This document shows, one piece after another, positions 1-15,640 of a DNA stretch of 64,000 nucleotides. The DNA lies in contig OZ024743.1 in NCBI GenBank assembly GCA_964016885.1, positions 241,490,001-241,554,000 on the forward strand, written 5' to 3'. Each line of letters begins with the position of its first letter. The first letter of the stretch is position 1. Origin of the DNA: Eledone cirrhosa. Taxonomy: Eukaryota. Position numbers and translations under genes: made by a program. The notes beneath the pieces were generated by a model. That model saw only the letters and a program-made list of their open reading frames with translations, made no database searches and was not told the origin of the DNA.

Positions 1-345
1 GCATCAAGGGCCCTCTCCATATCTACAAAAGCCATATACAGTCACTCTCAACTAAGTACCTCAACCGTAGTTGTCTAACAAGAGACAAGGGCATCGTTAG
101 CATCCCTGCTGGACTTAAATCCAAAATACATCTCATCTAACTTGATTCAGTCCTTAATTAATTCTGCTATAACCGTTTCAGCAGCTTTTATGACCTGGTC
201 CTTCAGCCTGAACTCTCTGTAGTGGTTTCTCTCTAGTGCATCTCCTTGCCCTTGTAGCAATTTACAATGATACTGCTGGCCCAGTCATTGGGTATGTTCC
301 CTTCCTTTACCACTTGATTAACTATGCGTATGACCTGCTTATATT
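1..345 (-). pseudogene. Degraded non-LTR retrotransposon RT fragment (RTE-like)
   Basis: Minus-strand translation gives IVNQVVKEGNIPNDWASSIIVNCYKG..GDALERNHYR..DEMYFGF..LYMAFVDMERALDA, the LINE RT domain 1-3 region (canonical FVDLEKAFD), with frameshifts and stops. Runs off the window edge. Confidence 0.8.
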
Positions 346-659
346 TATAATATAAATATGATTATTATTGCTAGCTTGTTTATTAGTAATGGTATGTTTA
401 TTAGTACTACCACATTTATTAACGAAGGGATCGATAACATATAGATTCCTGGTACCAACTATTACTAATATAATCGATTATACCTTTCCAGATCCTTAAT
501 ATACGAGGCCTAATAATTGTTATAAATAGCCATTACTACATGTATTAACTATTTCGATATGACCTCTCACTATAACCTCTAGTTTTAAAGTGTCCATATT
601 TGAATTAAAACTTTCCAGTATAAATTTACGTAAGAATCTTTTATGTTGTAAACGTGAAG

Positions 660-1140
660 TTAATGACAAAGCTAGTTATATTATTACTCTTATATTCTTA
701 TAAGGGCGGGGGATTGGCAGTATCGGTAGAGAGTCGGACGCCATGCTTTCCAGCATAGTTACGTCCCGTTACGTTCTGAATTCAAATCCCGCCGAGGTTT
801 ACTTTGCCTTTCATCCTTACGAGGTCGATAAAATAAAGTACCAGTAATGCACTGGGTAATTGCTGGCCTTGTGCCTAAAGTAGAAACAATTATTACTCTT
901 ATATTCTAATGACAAAGTTAGTTATATTAGTTATATTCGTATAACAAAACTAGTTATACTACAGTCATATTCTAATGTCAAAGTTAGTTATGCTACGGTT
1001 ATGTTCTTATGACAAAACTAGTTATACTATGTTATATCCTTATGTCAACGTCAGTTATACTATGTTATGGTTTAATAACAAAGCTAGTTATACTCAGTCA
1101 TATTCTAAGACAAAGCTAGTTTTACTACTTTTATGACTAA
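660..1140 (+). repeat. Degenerate ~40-bp minisatellite (taatgacaaagctagttatact...tattct), interrupted by a SINE
   Basis: The core acaaa(g/a)(c/t)tagttata recurs at roughly 40-bp spacing. Confidence 0.7.
705..890 (+). mobile_element. tRNA-derived SINE, family 1, full length with TSD
   Basis: A-box-like TGGCAGTATCGG and B-box-like TTCAAATCCC. Tail ...ggccttgtgcctaaagtagaaacaattatt. The flanking sequence ttattactcttatattct occurs on both sides. Several more copies lie in the window. Confidence 0.85.
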
Positions 1141-1299
1141 ACATCAAATTAATGACAGAATTATTCGCAGTGCTTAATTGCCTTTATATTTCGATTAAAA
1201 TGCAGCTCTGGTCAACGACTTTTACTTACGAAGATTTAAATGAATTTGCCTTAACCCATTCGTTACCACATTTTTCATAAAAGGCATTGCCTCTGATTT

Positions 1300-1815
1300 T
1301 CAACTAGTACAACAACAACAATAACATCTAGCACAAGAACTAGTTCAACAATATTAACAACAACAACAAAACACAGGGCAACTACAACAACAACAACAAT
1401 AACAACTAGCACAAGAACTAGTTCAACAATAACAACAACAACAAAATACAGGGCACCTACAGCAACAACAACTGGTGCTACAACAACAACAACAACAATA
1501 ACAACTAGCACAAGAACTAGTTCAACAATAACAACAACAAAATACAGGGCACCTACAGCAATAACAACTGGTGCTACAACAACAAAAATAACAACAACTA
1601 ATGCTTCAACAAAAAACAAATAGTGCTACTACAACATCAACAACAACAACTACTACTGCTATAACACCAAGTTACATCTAGTATAAAAACAACAACTACA
1701 ACAACAACAATAATAATAACATCTAGTATAAAAACAATAACAAGCACTACTACAACAACAACAATAACATCTAGTATAAAAACAGCAACTAGTACATCAG
1801 CAATAACAACAAGAA
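1300..1815 (+). repeat. (ACA)n-derived low-complexity tandem repeat
   Basis: Repeated acaacaacaataacaactagcacaagaactagttc blocks. The Val-rich ORF on the - strand is an artefact. Confidence 0.85.
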
Positions 1816-2128
1816 TTGTTACAAATGATTTGCAGGATTATGATTGATGAGTACAAGCTTGGCGTGGTCAAATTTGCCTCGTTTCAGGATCGATGAAATC
1901 AATATCAATTAAAAATATACTGTTGGGATGGAGAAGTATAGCAGCCAGCAGGTAATATTTCCTTACTCCCTAGAAATACCATTTCTTGTTGTTGTAGTTG
2001 TTATTATTGTTTCATACAAAGTTAGCTGGAACCCTGCAGTGTATATGTTACATTTTATATGTTACATTGTTCGGCCTGTAGAACCTAGTTTAGCTGTTGT
2101 TTCTTACAGATCGAGACACTATGTATAG

Positions 2129-2638
2129 CAGAGGTTCGCAAAGTGGGCGCTGCCGTCCACCCGGGGATGTTGAGAAGGTCCAGGCGGCGGTGGGGAAGCG
2201 GTAGAGATGATATAATAGTATATTAAATATCAAATGATACATATTATATATATATTATATAATAAAATAAAAAATATATAATATTTATTTATACATAGTA
2301 TATATTATATTATATTGGCAGTATCCGATAGAGGGTCGGACGCCATACTTTGCAGCAAAGAGTTACGGCCCTTTATGGTCTGAGTTCAAATCATGCCGTG
2401 GTTAACTTTGCCTTTCATCCTTACGGGGTCGATAAAATAAAGTCCCAGTAATGTACTGGGATAATTGCTGGCCTTGTGCCAAAAGCAGAAACAATTATAT
2501 ATTATATATAAATTAACGATTTTATTTATTATATATTATTTACAATTTGCGTGTAGGCAAGTCTCTCTAGATATAGGGTTTAGGGCCGGTGAGGGTATTA
2601 CGTGGGGGTGGTGGCCCCAAAAAGTTTGATAATCTCTG
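2129..2638. mobile_element. hAT (Charlie/Buster-type) MITE containing a nested SINE
   Basis: Imperfect TIRs CAGAGGTTCGCAAAGT ... AGTTTGATAATCTCTG. The 8-bp flanks atgtatag / gtgtagag (6/8 match, central TA) fit a Buster-type TSD. Confidence 0.7.
2315..2497 (+). mobile_element. SINE family 1 copy, nested in the MITE
   Basis: Colinear with 705-890. B-box GAGTTCAAATC and the same tail. Confidence 0.85.
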
Positions 2639-2699
2639 GTGTAGAGGCCTGCTCATTCGCATTGTTGTTGGTGTTGATGCTGTTGTTAGCAGAAAGAGC

Positions 2700-3012
2700 A
2701 AGGCTTTGTGGTTAGATTATTCGGCTTACAATCATAAGGTTGTGAGTTCGATTCCCGCCGGCACGTTGTGTCCTTGAGCAAAACACTTTATTTCCCCTGG
2801 CTCCAGTTCATTCACCTGGCAAAAATGAGTTGTACCTGTAGTTCCAATGGCCTGCTTTGTCACATTGTGTGTCAGGCTTAATCTCCCTGAGAACGACGTC
2901 CAGATTACGGGTGTCTGTGGAATGTTCTGCCACATTCACGTTAATTTCACTAACAGGCTGTTCCGTTGATCCGATCAACTGGAACACTCGTCGTCATAAC
3001 CGACGGAGTGCC
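2700..3012 (+). mobile_element. tRNA-derived SINE, family 2
   Basis: tRNA-like head ggctttgtggttag...GAGTTCGATTCCC, followed by gtgtccttgagcaaaacactttatttc. A homologue lies at 18120-18260 on the - strand. Confidence 0.75.
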
Positions 3013-3319
3013 TCATCACCTCTTGTTAGTAGAAGAAAAAGAAAATGAACAACAGCAATAACATAACGATAAGGATGACGAAGTAATGAAGGAAACGAAA
3101 GATAAGAGGCGAAGAGAAAGAATGAAAAATCGTAAAATGAGGAATGGGGAATGAGGGTAGTTTGTAAAGGAGTGAAAGGAGGTTTAGGGAGTAAATAGAG
3201 AGTAGTGGGAGTGGAGGATAAATCTAAAGAAGACCGACAAACACATAGAACAACAACAACAACAGCAAAATCAACTAGTACAACTATAAAACAACTACTA
3301 TAAACTAGAACTATAAACG

Positions 3320-3460
3320 CCAGTGTATTACTGGTACTTTATTTTATCGACCCCGTAAGGATGAAAGGCAAAGTTAACCTCGGCGGGATTTGAACTGAGT
3401 CCGTAAAGGGACGTAACTGTGCTGCAAAGCATGGCGTCCGACCCTCTACCGATACTGCCA
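3320..3460 (-). mobile_element. SINE family 1 copy (3' truncated)
   Basis: Reverse complement of the 705-860 portion. Confidence 0.85.
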
Positions 3461-3589
3461 AACAATAATGAAAAAATAACAGCTATAAGACAACAGGAAA
3501 AAGATATGCGTGGGTTCAAGTTTGTTAACCTCTGTTTTAGATTTTGTATATTATTTTTATATCTTTTCTATATGTTTATATTTATTGAT

Positions 3590-3777
3590 GTGTACGTATT
3601 TGTGTTTATGTGTGTGTGTGTAAATGTGCATGTGATTATTTATGCGTGCGTGTCATTATGTGTGTGTATGTGTACTTATGAATGTCCACCTGCATGTGAG
3701 TGTATGTGTGTCTGCGTATGTATGTGCGTGTGTGTGTATGTATGTATGTGTGTGTGCATGTGATTATTTACGCGGGC

Positions 3778-3809
<32 letters not shown>

Positions 3810-4020
3810 ATTTGAATGTATCTATGTCCGTCTACATGGATGTGTATATGTGTGTGTGCGTATGTATGTATGTACATCGGTGTGTATGTTTGTGCATATG
3901 GGTGAATATATGTGTATGTGTGTGTGTGAGTGTATGCGTGGTGTGTCAATGTGTGTGTATATAAGTGTGCGAATGTGTGAGTGTGTATCTGCGTACGTGT
4001 GTACGTGTGTGTGTGTGTGT
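3590..4020 (+). repeat. (TG)n/(TATG)n compound microsatellite
   Basis: Seen directly in the sequence. Confidence 0.9.
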
Positions 4021-4624
4021 GGTGGCGGCCCCATCAGCATTTCTATCCCCACAACCACCTCTACAATCTGTAAAACCCACCAACCTGGTACGTATCATTT
4101 CCCATCTCAACCAACACAGACGTACCCACACAGCATTTCCCTTCCATCCTGAATGTAACCCACCCTTGACACATGCATCACTAACTTCCATTATCCCCAT
4201 CACCACTAACACCACAACCATCAAGACCATCATCATCAACGTCATCACCACAACCACCACCAACGCCATCACCACAATGACGGCGAACACTACCACCGCT
4301 AACATCATCATAATCACCACTACTTACGCCGCAACAACACCATCATCACCAACACCACCGTCACAACTCCTATACCATCAACAACCGTATCACCACAACC
4401 CATACCTCAATGAAAACCTCCAACACCACCAACACCACTAATACGACTATTATAATCAACATCACAATTACCACCACCACATCACAACCACAACCTACAC
4501 TAACATTATCATCACAACCATAACCACCATTTCCACGATCACCTCCATCAACATTATGACCACTGCTACCACTAAGATGACCATCATAATCATGATCGCC
4601 AACACAAACATCATCATCACCATA

Positions 4625-7600
4625 ACCACCAACACCACTAACCTACCACCACTACCATCGCCATCAACACTACCACTACCATCACATCCACCACCAACAC
4701 CACTAACCTACCACTACTACCATCACCATCAACACTACCACTACCATCACATCCACCACCAACACCACTAACCTACCACCACTACCATCACCATCAACAC
4801 TACCACTACCATCACATCCACCACCAACACCACTAACCTACCACCACTAGCATCGCCATCATCAGTACCACTACCATCACATCCACCACCAACACCACTA
4901 ACCTACCACCACTACCATCACCATCATCACTACCACTACCATCACATCCACCACCAACACCACTAACCTACCATCACTACCATCGCCATCATCAGTACCA
5001 CTACCATCACATCCACCACCAACACCACTAACCTACCACCACTACCATCACCATCATCACTACCACTACCATCACATCCACCACCAACACCACTAACCTA
5101 CCATCACTACCATCGCCATCATCAGTACCACTACCATCACATCCACCACCAACACCACTAACCTACCACCACTACCATCACCATCATCACTACCACTACC
5201 ATCACATCCACCACCAACACCACTAACCTACCACCACTAGCATCGCCATCATCAGTACCACTACCATCACATCCACCACCAACACCACTAACCTACCACC
5301 ACTACCATCGCCATCATCAGTACCACTACCATCACATCCACCACCAACACCACTAACCTACCACCACTACCATCACCATCATCACTACCACTACCATCAC
5401 ATCCACCACCAACACCACTAACCTACCACCACTACCATCACCATCATCACTACCACTACCATCACATCCACCACCAACACCACTAACCTACCACCACTAC
5501 CATCGCCATTATCACTACCACTACCATCACATCCACCACCAACACCACTAACCTACCATCACTACCATCGCCATTATCACTACCACTACCATCACATCCA
5601 CCACCAACACCACTAACCTACCACCACTACCATCGCCATCATCAGTACCACTACCATCACATCCACCACCAACACCACTAACCTACCACCACTACCATCG
5701 CCATCATCAGTACCACTACCATCACATCCACCACCAACACCACTAACCTACCACCACTACCATCGCCATTATCACTACCACTACCATCACATCCACCACC
5801 AACACCACTAACCTACCACCACTACCATCGCCATTATCACTACCACTACCATCACATCCACCACCAACACCACTAACCTACCATCACTACCATCGCCATT
5901 ATCACTACCACTACCATCACATCCACCACCAACACCACTAACCTACCACCACTACCATCGCCATCATCAGTACCACTACCATCACATCCACCACCAACAC
6001 CACTAACCTACCACCACTACCATCGCCATCATCAGTACCACTACCATCACATCCACCACCAACACCACTAACCTACCACCACTACCATCACCATCATCAG
6101 TACCACTACCATCACATCCACCACCAACACCACTAACCTACCACCACTACCATCGCCATTATCACTACCACTACCATCACATCCACCACCAACACCACTA
6201 ACCTACCACCACTACCATCACCATCATCACTACCACTACCATCACATCCACCACCAACACCACTAACCTACCACCACTACCATCGCCATCATCAGTACCA
6301 CTACCATCACATCCACCACCAACACCACTAACCTACCACCACTACCATCACCATCATCACTACCACTACCATCACATCCACCACCAACACCACTAACCTA
6401 CCACCACTACCATCACCATCATCAGTACCACTACCATCACATCCACCACCAACACCACTAACCTACCACCACTACCATCACCATCATCAGTACCACTACC
6501 ATCACATCCACCACCAACACCACTAACCTACCACCACTACCATCGCCATCATCAGTACCACTACCATCACATCCACCACCAACACCACTAACCTACCACC
6601 ACTACCATCGCCATCATCAGTACCACTACCATCACATCCACCACCAACACCACTAACCTACCACCACTACCATCGCCATCATCACTACCACTACCATCAC
6701 ATCCACCACCAACACCACTAACCTACCACCACTACCATCGCCATCATCACTACCACTACCATCACATCCACCACCAACACCACTAACCTGAGACCACTAC
6801 CATCACCATCATCACTACCACTACCATCACATCCACCACCAACACCACTAACCTACCATCACTACCATCGCCATCATCAGTACCACTACCATCACATCCA
6901 CCACCAACACCACTAACCTACCACCACTACCATCGCCATCATCAGTACCACTACCATCACATCCACCACCAACACCACTAACCTGAGACCACTACCATCA
7001 CCATCATCACTACCACTACCATCACATCCACCACCAACACCACTAACCTACCACCACTACCATCACCATCATCACTACCACTACCATCACATCCACCACC
7101 AACACCACTAACCTACCATCACTACCATCGCCATCATCAGTACCACTACCATCACATCCACCACCAACACCACTAACCTACCACCACTACCATCGCCATT
7201 ATCACTACCACTACCATCACATCCACCACCAACACCACTAACCTACCACCACTACCATCGCCATCATCAGTACCACTACCATCACATCCACCACCAACAC
7301 CACTAACCTACCACCACTACCATCACCATCATCAGTACCACTACCATCACATCCACCACCAACACCACTAACCTGAGACCACTACCATCACCATCATCAG
7401 TACCACTACCATCACATCCACCACCAACACCACTAACCTACCACCACTACCATCGCCATCATCAGTACCACTACCATCACATCCACCACCAACACCACTA
7501 ACCTGAGACCACTACCATCACCATCATCAGTACCACTACCATCACATCCACCACCAACACCACTAACCTGAGACCACTACCATCACCATCATCACTACCA

Positions 7601-8130
7601 CTACCATCACATCCACCACCAACACCACTAACCTACCACCACTACCATCGCCATTATCGCTACCACTACCATCACATCCACCACCAACACCACTAACCTA
7701 CCACCACTACCATCACCATCAACACTACCACTACCATCACATCCACCACCAACACCACTAACCTACCACCACTACCATCGCCATTATCACTACCACTACC
7801 ATCACATCCACCACCAACACCACTAACCTACCACCACTACCATCACCATCAACACTACCACTACCATCACATCCACCACCAACACCACTAACCTACCACC
7901 ACTACCATCACCATCATCACTACCACTACCATCACATCCACCACCAACACCACTAACCTACCACCACTACCATCGCCATCATCTGTACCACTACCATCAC
8001 ATCCACCACCAACACCACTAACCTACCACCACTACCATCACCATCAACAGTACCACTACCATCACATCCACCACCAACACCACTAACCTACCACCACTAC
8101 CATCACCATCATCACTACCACTACCATCAT
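4625..8130 (+). repeat. 65-bp tandem satellite, about 54 copies
   Basis: Unit acctaccaccactaccatc(g/a)ccatcatca(g/c)taccactaccatcacatccaccaccaacaccacta. The anchor recurs at 4641, 4706, 4771 ... 5031 (period 65). A variant acctgagacc appears at 6786, 6981, 7371, 7501 and 7566. Confidence 0.97.
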
Positions 8131-8159
8131 CATTATACCCACCACCACCAGTAGCATCA

Positions 8160-9560
8160 TCATCACAGCCAACCCGTCCATAAACATCATCACCAACACC
8201 ACAACCACCGCCACCACCATCACCACAACTATCACCAAAACTACCACCACAACCACCGCCACCCCTACCTTAACCATCCAGAACATCAACCGCCAGCACC
8301 ATCACCATAACTACCACCACCACTACAACCATAACCACCGCCACCACCAACACCACAACTATCACCACCATTACAACCACAACCACCGCCAGCACCATCA
8401 CCACAACTATCACCACCACTACCACCACAACCACCGCCAGCACCATCACCACAACTAACACCATCACTACCACCACAACCACCGCCACCACCATCACCAC
8501 AACTAACACCACCACTACCACCACAACCACCGCCACCACCAGCACGACAACTATCACCACCACTACCACCACAACCACCGCCACCACCTTCTGAAGAACT
8601 ACCACCACCACTAGCACCATCACCACAACTAACACCATCACTACCACCACAACCACCGCCACCACCATCACCACAACTATCACCACCACTACCACCACAA
8701 CCACCACCAGAACCATCACCACAACTACCACCACCACTACCACCACAACCACCGCCAGCACCAGCACCACAACTATCACCACCACTACCACCACAACCAC
8801 CGCCACCACCTTCTCCACAACTACCACCACCACTAGCACCATCACCACAACTATCACCACCACTACCACCACAACCACCGCCAGCACCATCACCACAACT
8901 AACACCATCACTACCACCACAAACACCGCCACCACCATCACCACAACTAACACCACCACTACCACCACAACCACCGCCACCACCAGCACGACAACTATCA
9001 CCACCACTACCACCACAACCACCGCCACCACCTTCTGAAGAACTACCACCACCACTAGCACCATCACCACAACTAACACCATCACTACCACCACAACCAC
9101 CGCCACCACCATAACCACAACTATCACCACCACTACCACCACAACCACCACCAGAACCATCACCCCAACTACCACCACCACTACCACCACAACCAGCGCC
9201 ACCACCATCACCACAACTATCACCACCACTACCACCACAACCACCGCCACCACCATCACCACAACAATCACCACCACTACCAACACAACCACCGCCACCA
9301 CCATCACCACAACAATCACCACCACTACCACCACAGCAAAAGCCAGCACCATCACCACAACTATCACCACCACTACTACCACAACCAGCGCCACCACCAT
9401 CACCACACCTATCACCACCACTACCACCACAACAACCACCAGCACCATCACCACGACTACCACCACCACTACCACCACAACCACCGCCACCACCATCACC
9501 ACAACAATCACCACCACTACCACCACAACCACCGCCACCCCTACCTTAACCATCCAACGC
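8160..9560 (+). repeat. (ACC)n-derived minisatellite with internal duplications
   Basis: Units of about 45 bp (accaccatcaccacaactatcaccaccactaccaccacaaccaccgcc). The marker ccttctgaagaact occurs near 8587 and 9031. cccctaccttaaccatcca occurs near both ends. Confidence 0.9.
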
Positions 9561-9651
9561 AACTAAATTCGCCTTGATCTGGAATGTTCTCTCTATTTCA
9601 GTATTCCGCTTAAAACTAAAAAATCATCATTGAAGACTACTTTGTAGTCTA

Positions 9652-12600
9652 ACCACCATCACCACCCCCACCAACAATACCACCTACACCACCACCAGCA
9701 ACAATACCACCTACACCACCCCCACCAACAATACCACCTACACCACCACCACCAACAATACCACCTACACCACCACCAACAACAACAATACCACCTACAC
9801 CACCACCAACAACAACAATACCACCTACACCACCAGCACCACCAACAGTACCACCTACACCACCACCAACAACAACAATACCACCTACACCACCACCACC
9901 ACCAACAATACCACCTACACCACCACCACCACAAACAATACCACCTACACCACCACCACCAACAACAATACCACCTACACCACCACCACCAACAATACCA
10001 CCTACATCACCACCACCAACAATACCACCTACACCACCACCACCAACAACAATACCACCTACACCTCCACCACCAACAATACCACCTACATCACCACCAC
10101 CACCAACAATACCACCTACACCACCACCACCAACAATACCACCTACAGCACCACCACCAACAACAATACAACCTACACCACCACCACCACCAACAATACC
10201 ACCTACACCACCACCACCAACAACAATACCACCTACACCACCACCACCAACAATACCACCTACACCACCACCACCAACAATACCACCTACACCACCACCA
10301 CCAACAACAATACCACCTACACCACCACCACCACCAACAATACCACCTACACCACCACCACCACCAACAATACCACCTACACCACCACCACCAACAACAA
10401 TACCACCTACACCACCACCACCAACAATACCACCTACACCACCACCACCAACAACAATACCACCTACACCACCACCACCAACAACAATACCACCTACACC
10501 ACCACCACCAACAACAATACCACATACACAACCACCACCACCAACAATACCACCTACACCACCACCACCAACAACAATACCACCTACACCGCCACCACCA
10601 ACAATACCACCTACACCACCACCACCAACAACAATACCACCTACACCTCCACCAACAACAATACCACCTACACAACCACCACCACCAACAATACCACCTA
10701 CACCACCACCACCAACAACAATATCACCTACACCGCCACCACCAACAATACCACCTACACCACCACCACCAACAACAATACCACCTACATCACAACCACC
10801 AACAACAATACCACCTACACCACCACCACCAACAATACCACCTACACCACCACCACCAACAACAATACCACCTACACCACCACCACCAACAACAATACCA
10901 CCTACACCGCCACCACCAACAATACCACCTACACCACCACCACCAACAACAATACCACCTACACCACCACCACCAACAATACCACCTACACCACCACCAC
11001 CAACAACAATACCACCTACACCTCCACCAACAACAATACCACCTACACCACCACCACCAACAACAATACCACCTACACCACCACCAACAACAACAATACC
11101 ACCTACACCACCACCACCAACAATATCACCTACACCACCACCACCAACAACAATACCACCTACACCACCACCACCAACAACAATACCACCTACACCGCCA
11201 CCACCAACAATACCACCTACACCACCACCACCAACAACAATACCACCTACACCACCACCACCAACAATACCACCTACACCACCACCACCAACAACAATAC
11301 CACCTACACCTCCACCAACAACAATACCACCTACACCACCACCACCAACAACAATATCACCTACACCTCCACCAACAACAATACCACCTACACCACCACC
11401 ACCAACAACAATACGACCTACACCACCACCAACAATAACAATACCACCTACACCACCACCACCAACAATATCACATACACCACCACCACCACCAACAATA
11501 CCACCTACACCACCACCACCAACAACAATACCACCTACACCGCCACCACCAACAATACCACCTACACCACCACCACCAACAACAATACCACCTACACCAC
11601 CACCACCAACAATACCACCTACACCACCACCACCAACAACAATACCACCTACACCTCCACCAACAACAATACCACCTACACCACCACCACCAACAACAAT
11701 ACCACCTACACCACCACCAACAACAACAATACCACCTACACCACCACCACCAACAATATCACCTACACCACCACCACCACCAACAATACCACCTACACCA
11801 CCACCACCAACAACAATACCACCTACACCACCACCACCAACAACAATACCACCTACACCACCACCACCAACAATACCACCTACACCACCACCACCAACAA
11901 CAATACCACCTACACCAACACCACCAACAATACCACCTACACCACCACCACCAACAATACCACCTACACCACCACCACCAACAATACCACCTACACCACC
12001 ACCACCAACAACAATAACACCTACACCACCACCACCAACAACAATACCACCTACACCACCACCACCACCAACAATACCACCTACACCACCACCACCAACA
12101 ACAATACCACCTACACCTCCACCAACAACAATACCACCTACACCACCCCCACCAACAATACCACCTACACCACCACCACCAACAACAATACCACCTACAC
12201 CTCCACCAACAACAATACCACCTACACCACCACCACCAACAATACCACCTACACCACCACCAACAACAACAATACCACCTACACCACCACCATCAACAAC
12301 AATACCACCTACACCACCACCAACAACAACAATACCACCTACACCACCACCACCACCAACAATACCACCTACATCACCTCCACCAACAACAATACCACCT
12401 ACACCACCACCACCAACAACAATACCACCTACACCACCACCACCAACAATACCACCTACACCACCACCACCAACAACAATACCACCTACACCACCACCAC
12501 CAACAACAATACCACCTACACCACCACCAACAACAACAATACCACCTACACCACCACCACCAACAATAACACCTACACCACCACCACCACCAACAATACC

Positions 12601-15600
12601 ACCTACACCACCACCACCAACAACAATACCACCTACACCACCACCACCAACAACAATACCACCTACACCACCACCACCAACAACAATACCACCTACACCA
12701 CCACCACCAATACCACCTACACCACCACCACCAACAACAATACCACCTACACCACCACCACCAACAATACCACCTACACCACCACCACCAACAACAATAC
12801 CACCTACACCACCACCACCAATACCACCTACATCACCACCACCACCAACAATACCACCTACATCACCCCCACCAACAATACCACCTACACCACCACCACC
12901 AACAACAATACCACCTACACCACCACCACCAACAACAATACCACCTACATCACCCCCACCAACAATACCACCTACACCACCACCAACAATACCACCTACA
13001 CCACCACCACCAACAACAATACCACCTACACCACCACCACCAACAACAATACCACCTACACCACCACCACCAACAATACCACCTACACCACCACCACCAA
13101 CAACAATACCACCTACACCACCACCACCAACAATACCACCTACACCACCACCAACAACAACAATACCACCTACACCACCACCACCAACAATACCACCTAC
13201 ACCACCACCACCACCAACAACAATACCACCTACACGACCACCACCACCACCAACAATACCCCCTACACCACCACCACCACCAACAATACCACCTACACCA
13301 CCACCACCACCAACAATACCACCTACACCACCACCACCAACAATACCACCTACACCACCACCACCAACAACAATACCACCTACACCTCCACCACCAACAA
13401 TACCACCTACATCACCACCACCACCACCAATACCACCTACACCTCCACCAACAACAATACCACCTACACCACCACCACCAACAATACCACCTACACCACC
13501 ACCACCAACAACAATACCACCTACACCACCACCACCAACAACAATACCACCTACACCACCACCAACAACAACAATACCACCTACACCTCCACCAACAACA
13601 ATACCACCTACATCACCACCACCAACAATACCACCTACACCACCACCACCAACAACAATACCACCTACACCTCCACCAACAACAATACCACCTACACCAC
13701 CACCACCAACAACAATACCACCTACACCACCACCACCAACAACAATACCACCTACACCACCACCACCAACAACAATACCACCTACACCACCACCAACAAC
13801 AACAATACCACCTACATCACCACCACCAACAACAATACCACCTACACCACCACCAACAACAATACCACCTACACCACCACCACCAACAATACCACCTACA
13901 CCACCACCACCAACAACAATACCACCTACACCACCACCACCAACAATACCACCTACACCACCACCACCAACAACAATACCACCTACACCTCCACCACCAA
14001 CAATACCACCTACATCACCACCACCACCACCAATACCACCTACACCTCCACCAACAACAATACCACCTACACCACCACCACCAACAATACCACCTACACC
14101 ACCACCACCAACAACAATACCACCTACACCACCACCACCAACAACAATACCACCTACACCACCACCAACAACAACAATACCACCTACACCTCCACCAACA
14201 ACAATACCACCTACATCACCACCACCAACAATACCACCTACACCACCACCACCAACAACAATACCACCTACACCTCCACCAACAACAATACCACCTACAC
14301 CACCACCACCAACAACAATACCACCTACACCACCACCACCAACAACAATACCACCTACACCACCACCACCAACAACAATACCACCTACACCACCACCAAC
14401 AACAACAATACCACCTACATCACCACCACCAACAACAATACCACCTACACCACCACCAACAACAATACCACCTACACCACCACCACCAACAATACCACCT
14501 ACACCACCACCACCAACAACAATACCACCTACACCACCACCACCAACAATACCACCTACACCACCACCAACAACAACAATACCACCTACACCACCACCAC
14601 CAACAACAATACCACCTACACCAACACCACCAACAATACCACCTACACCACCAACAACAACAATACCACCTACATCACCACCACCAACAACAATACCACC
14701 TACACCACCACCACCAACAACAATACCACCTACACCAACACCACCAACAATACCACCTACACCACCAACAACAACAATACCACCTACATCACCACCACCA
14801 ACAACAATACCACCTACACCACCACCACCAACAACAATACCACCTACACCACCACCACCACCAACAATACCACCTACACCACCAACAACAACAATACCAC
14901 CTACATCACCACCAACAACAACAATACCACCTACATCACCACCACCAACAACAATACCACCTACACCACCACCACCAACAACAATACCACCTACACCACC
15001 AACAACAACAATACCACCTACATCACCACCACCAACAACAATACCACCTACACCACCACCACCAACAACAATACCACCTACACCACCACCACCACCAACA
15101 ATACCACCTACACCACCACCACCACCACCAATACCACCTACACCTCCACCAACAACAATACCACCTACACCACCACCACCAACAATACCACCTACACCTC
15201 CACCAACAACAATACCACCTACACCTCCACCAACAACAATACCACCTACACCACCACCAACAACAATACCACCTACATCACCACCACCAACAACAATACC
15301 ACCTACACCACCACCACCAACAACAATACCACCTACACCACCACCACCACCAACAATACCACCTACACCACCACCACCACCACCAATACCACCTACACCT
15401 CCACCAACAACAATACCACCTACACCACCACCACCAACAATACCACCTACACCACCACCACCAACAACAATACCACCTACACCACCACCACCAACAACAA
15501 TACCACCTACACCACCACCACCAACAATACCACCTCCACCACCACCAACAACAATACCACCTACACCACCACCACCAACAACAATACCACCTACATCACC

Positions 15601-15640
15601 ACCAACAACAATACCACCTACACCACCACCACCAACAACA
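9652..15640 (+). repeat. Variable-length (21-33 bp) tandem array caataccacctaca(cca)n(aca)n, about 6 kb
   Basis: Nearly invariant core ataccacctac with triplet-slippage spacers. Gives the spurious 2039-aa Gly/Val ORF on the - strand. Confidence 0.97.

Noticed and set aside
2700-2770. tRNA gene
   Set aside because: It has Pol III box-like motifs but no complete cloverleaf, and continues into a SINE body.
4625-8130. CRISPR-like regular repeat
   Set aside because: Contiguous 65-bp units with no unique spacers, no cas genes and a eukaryotic context.
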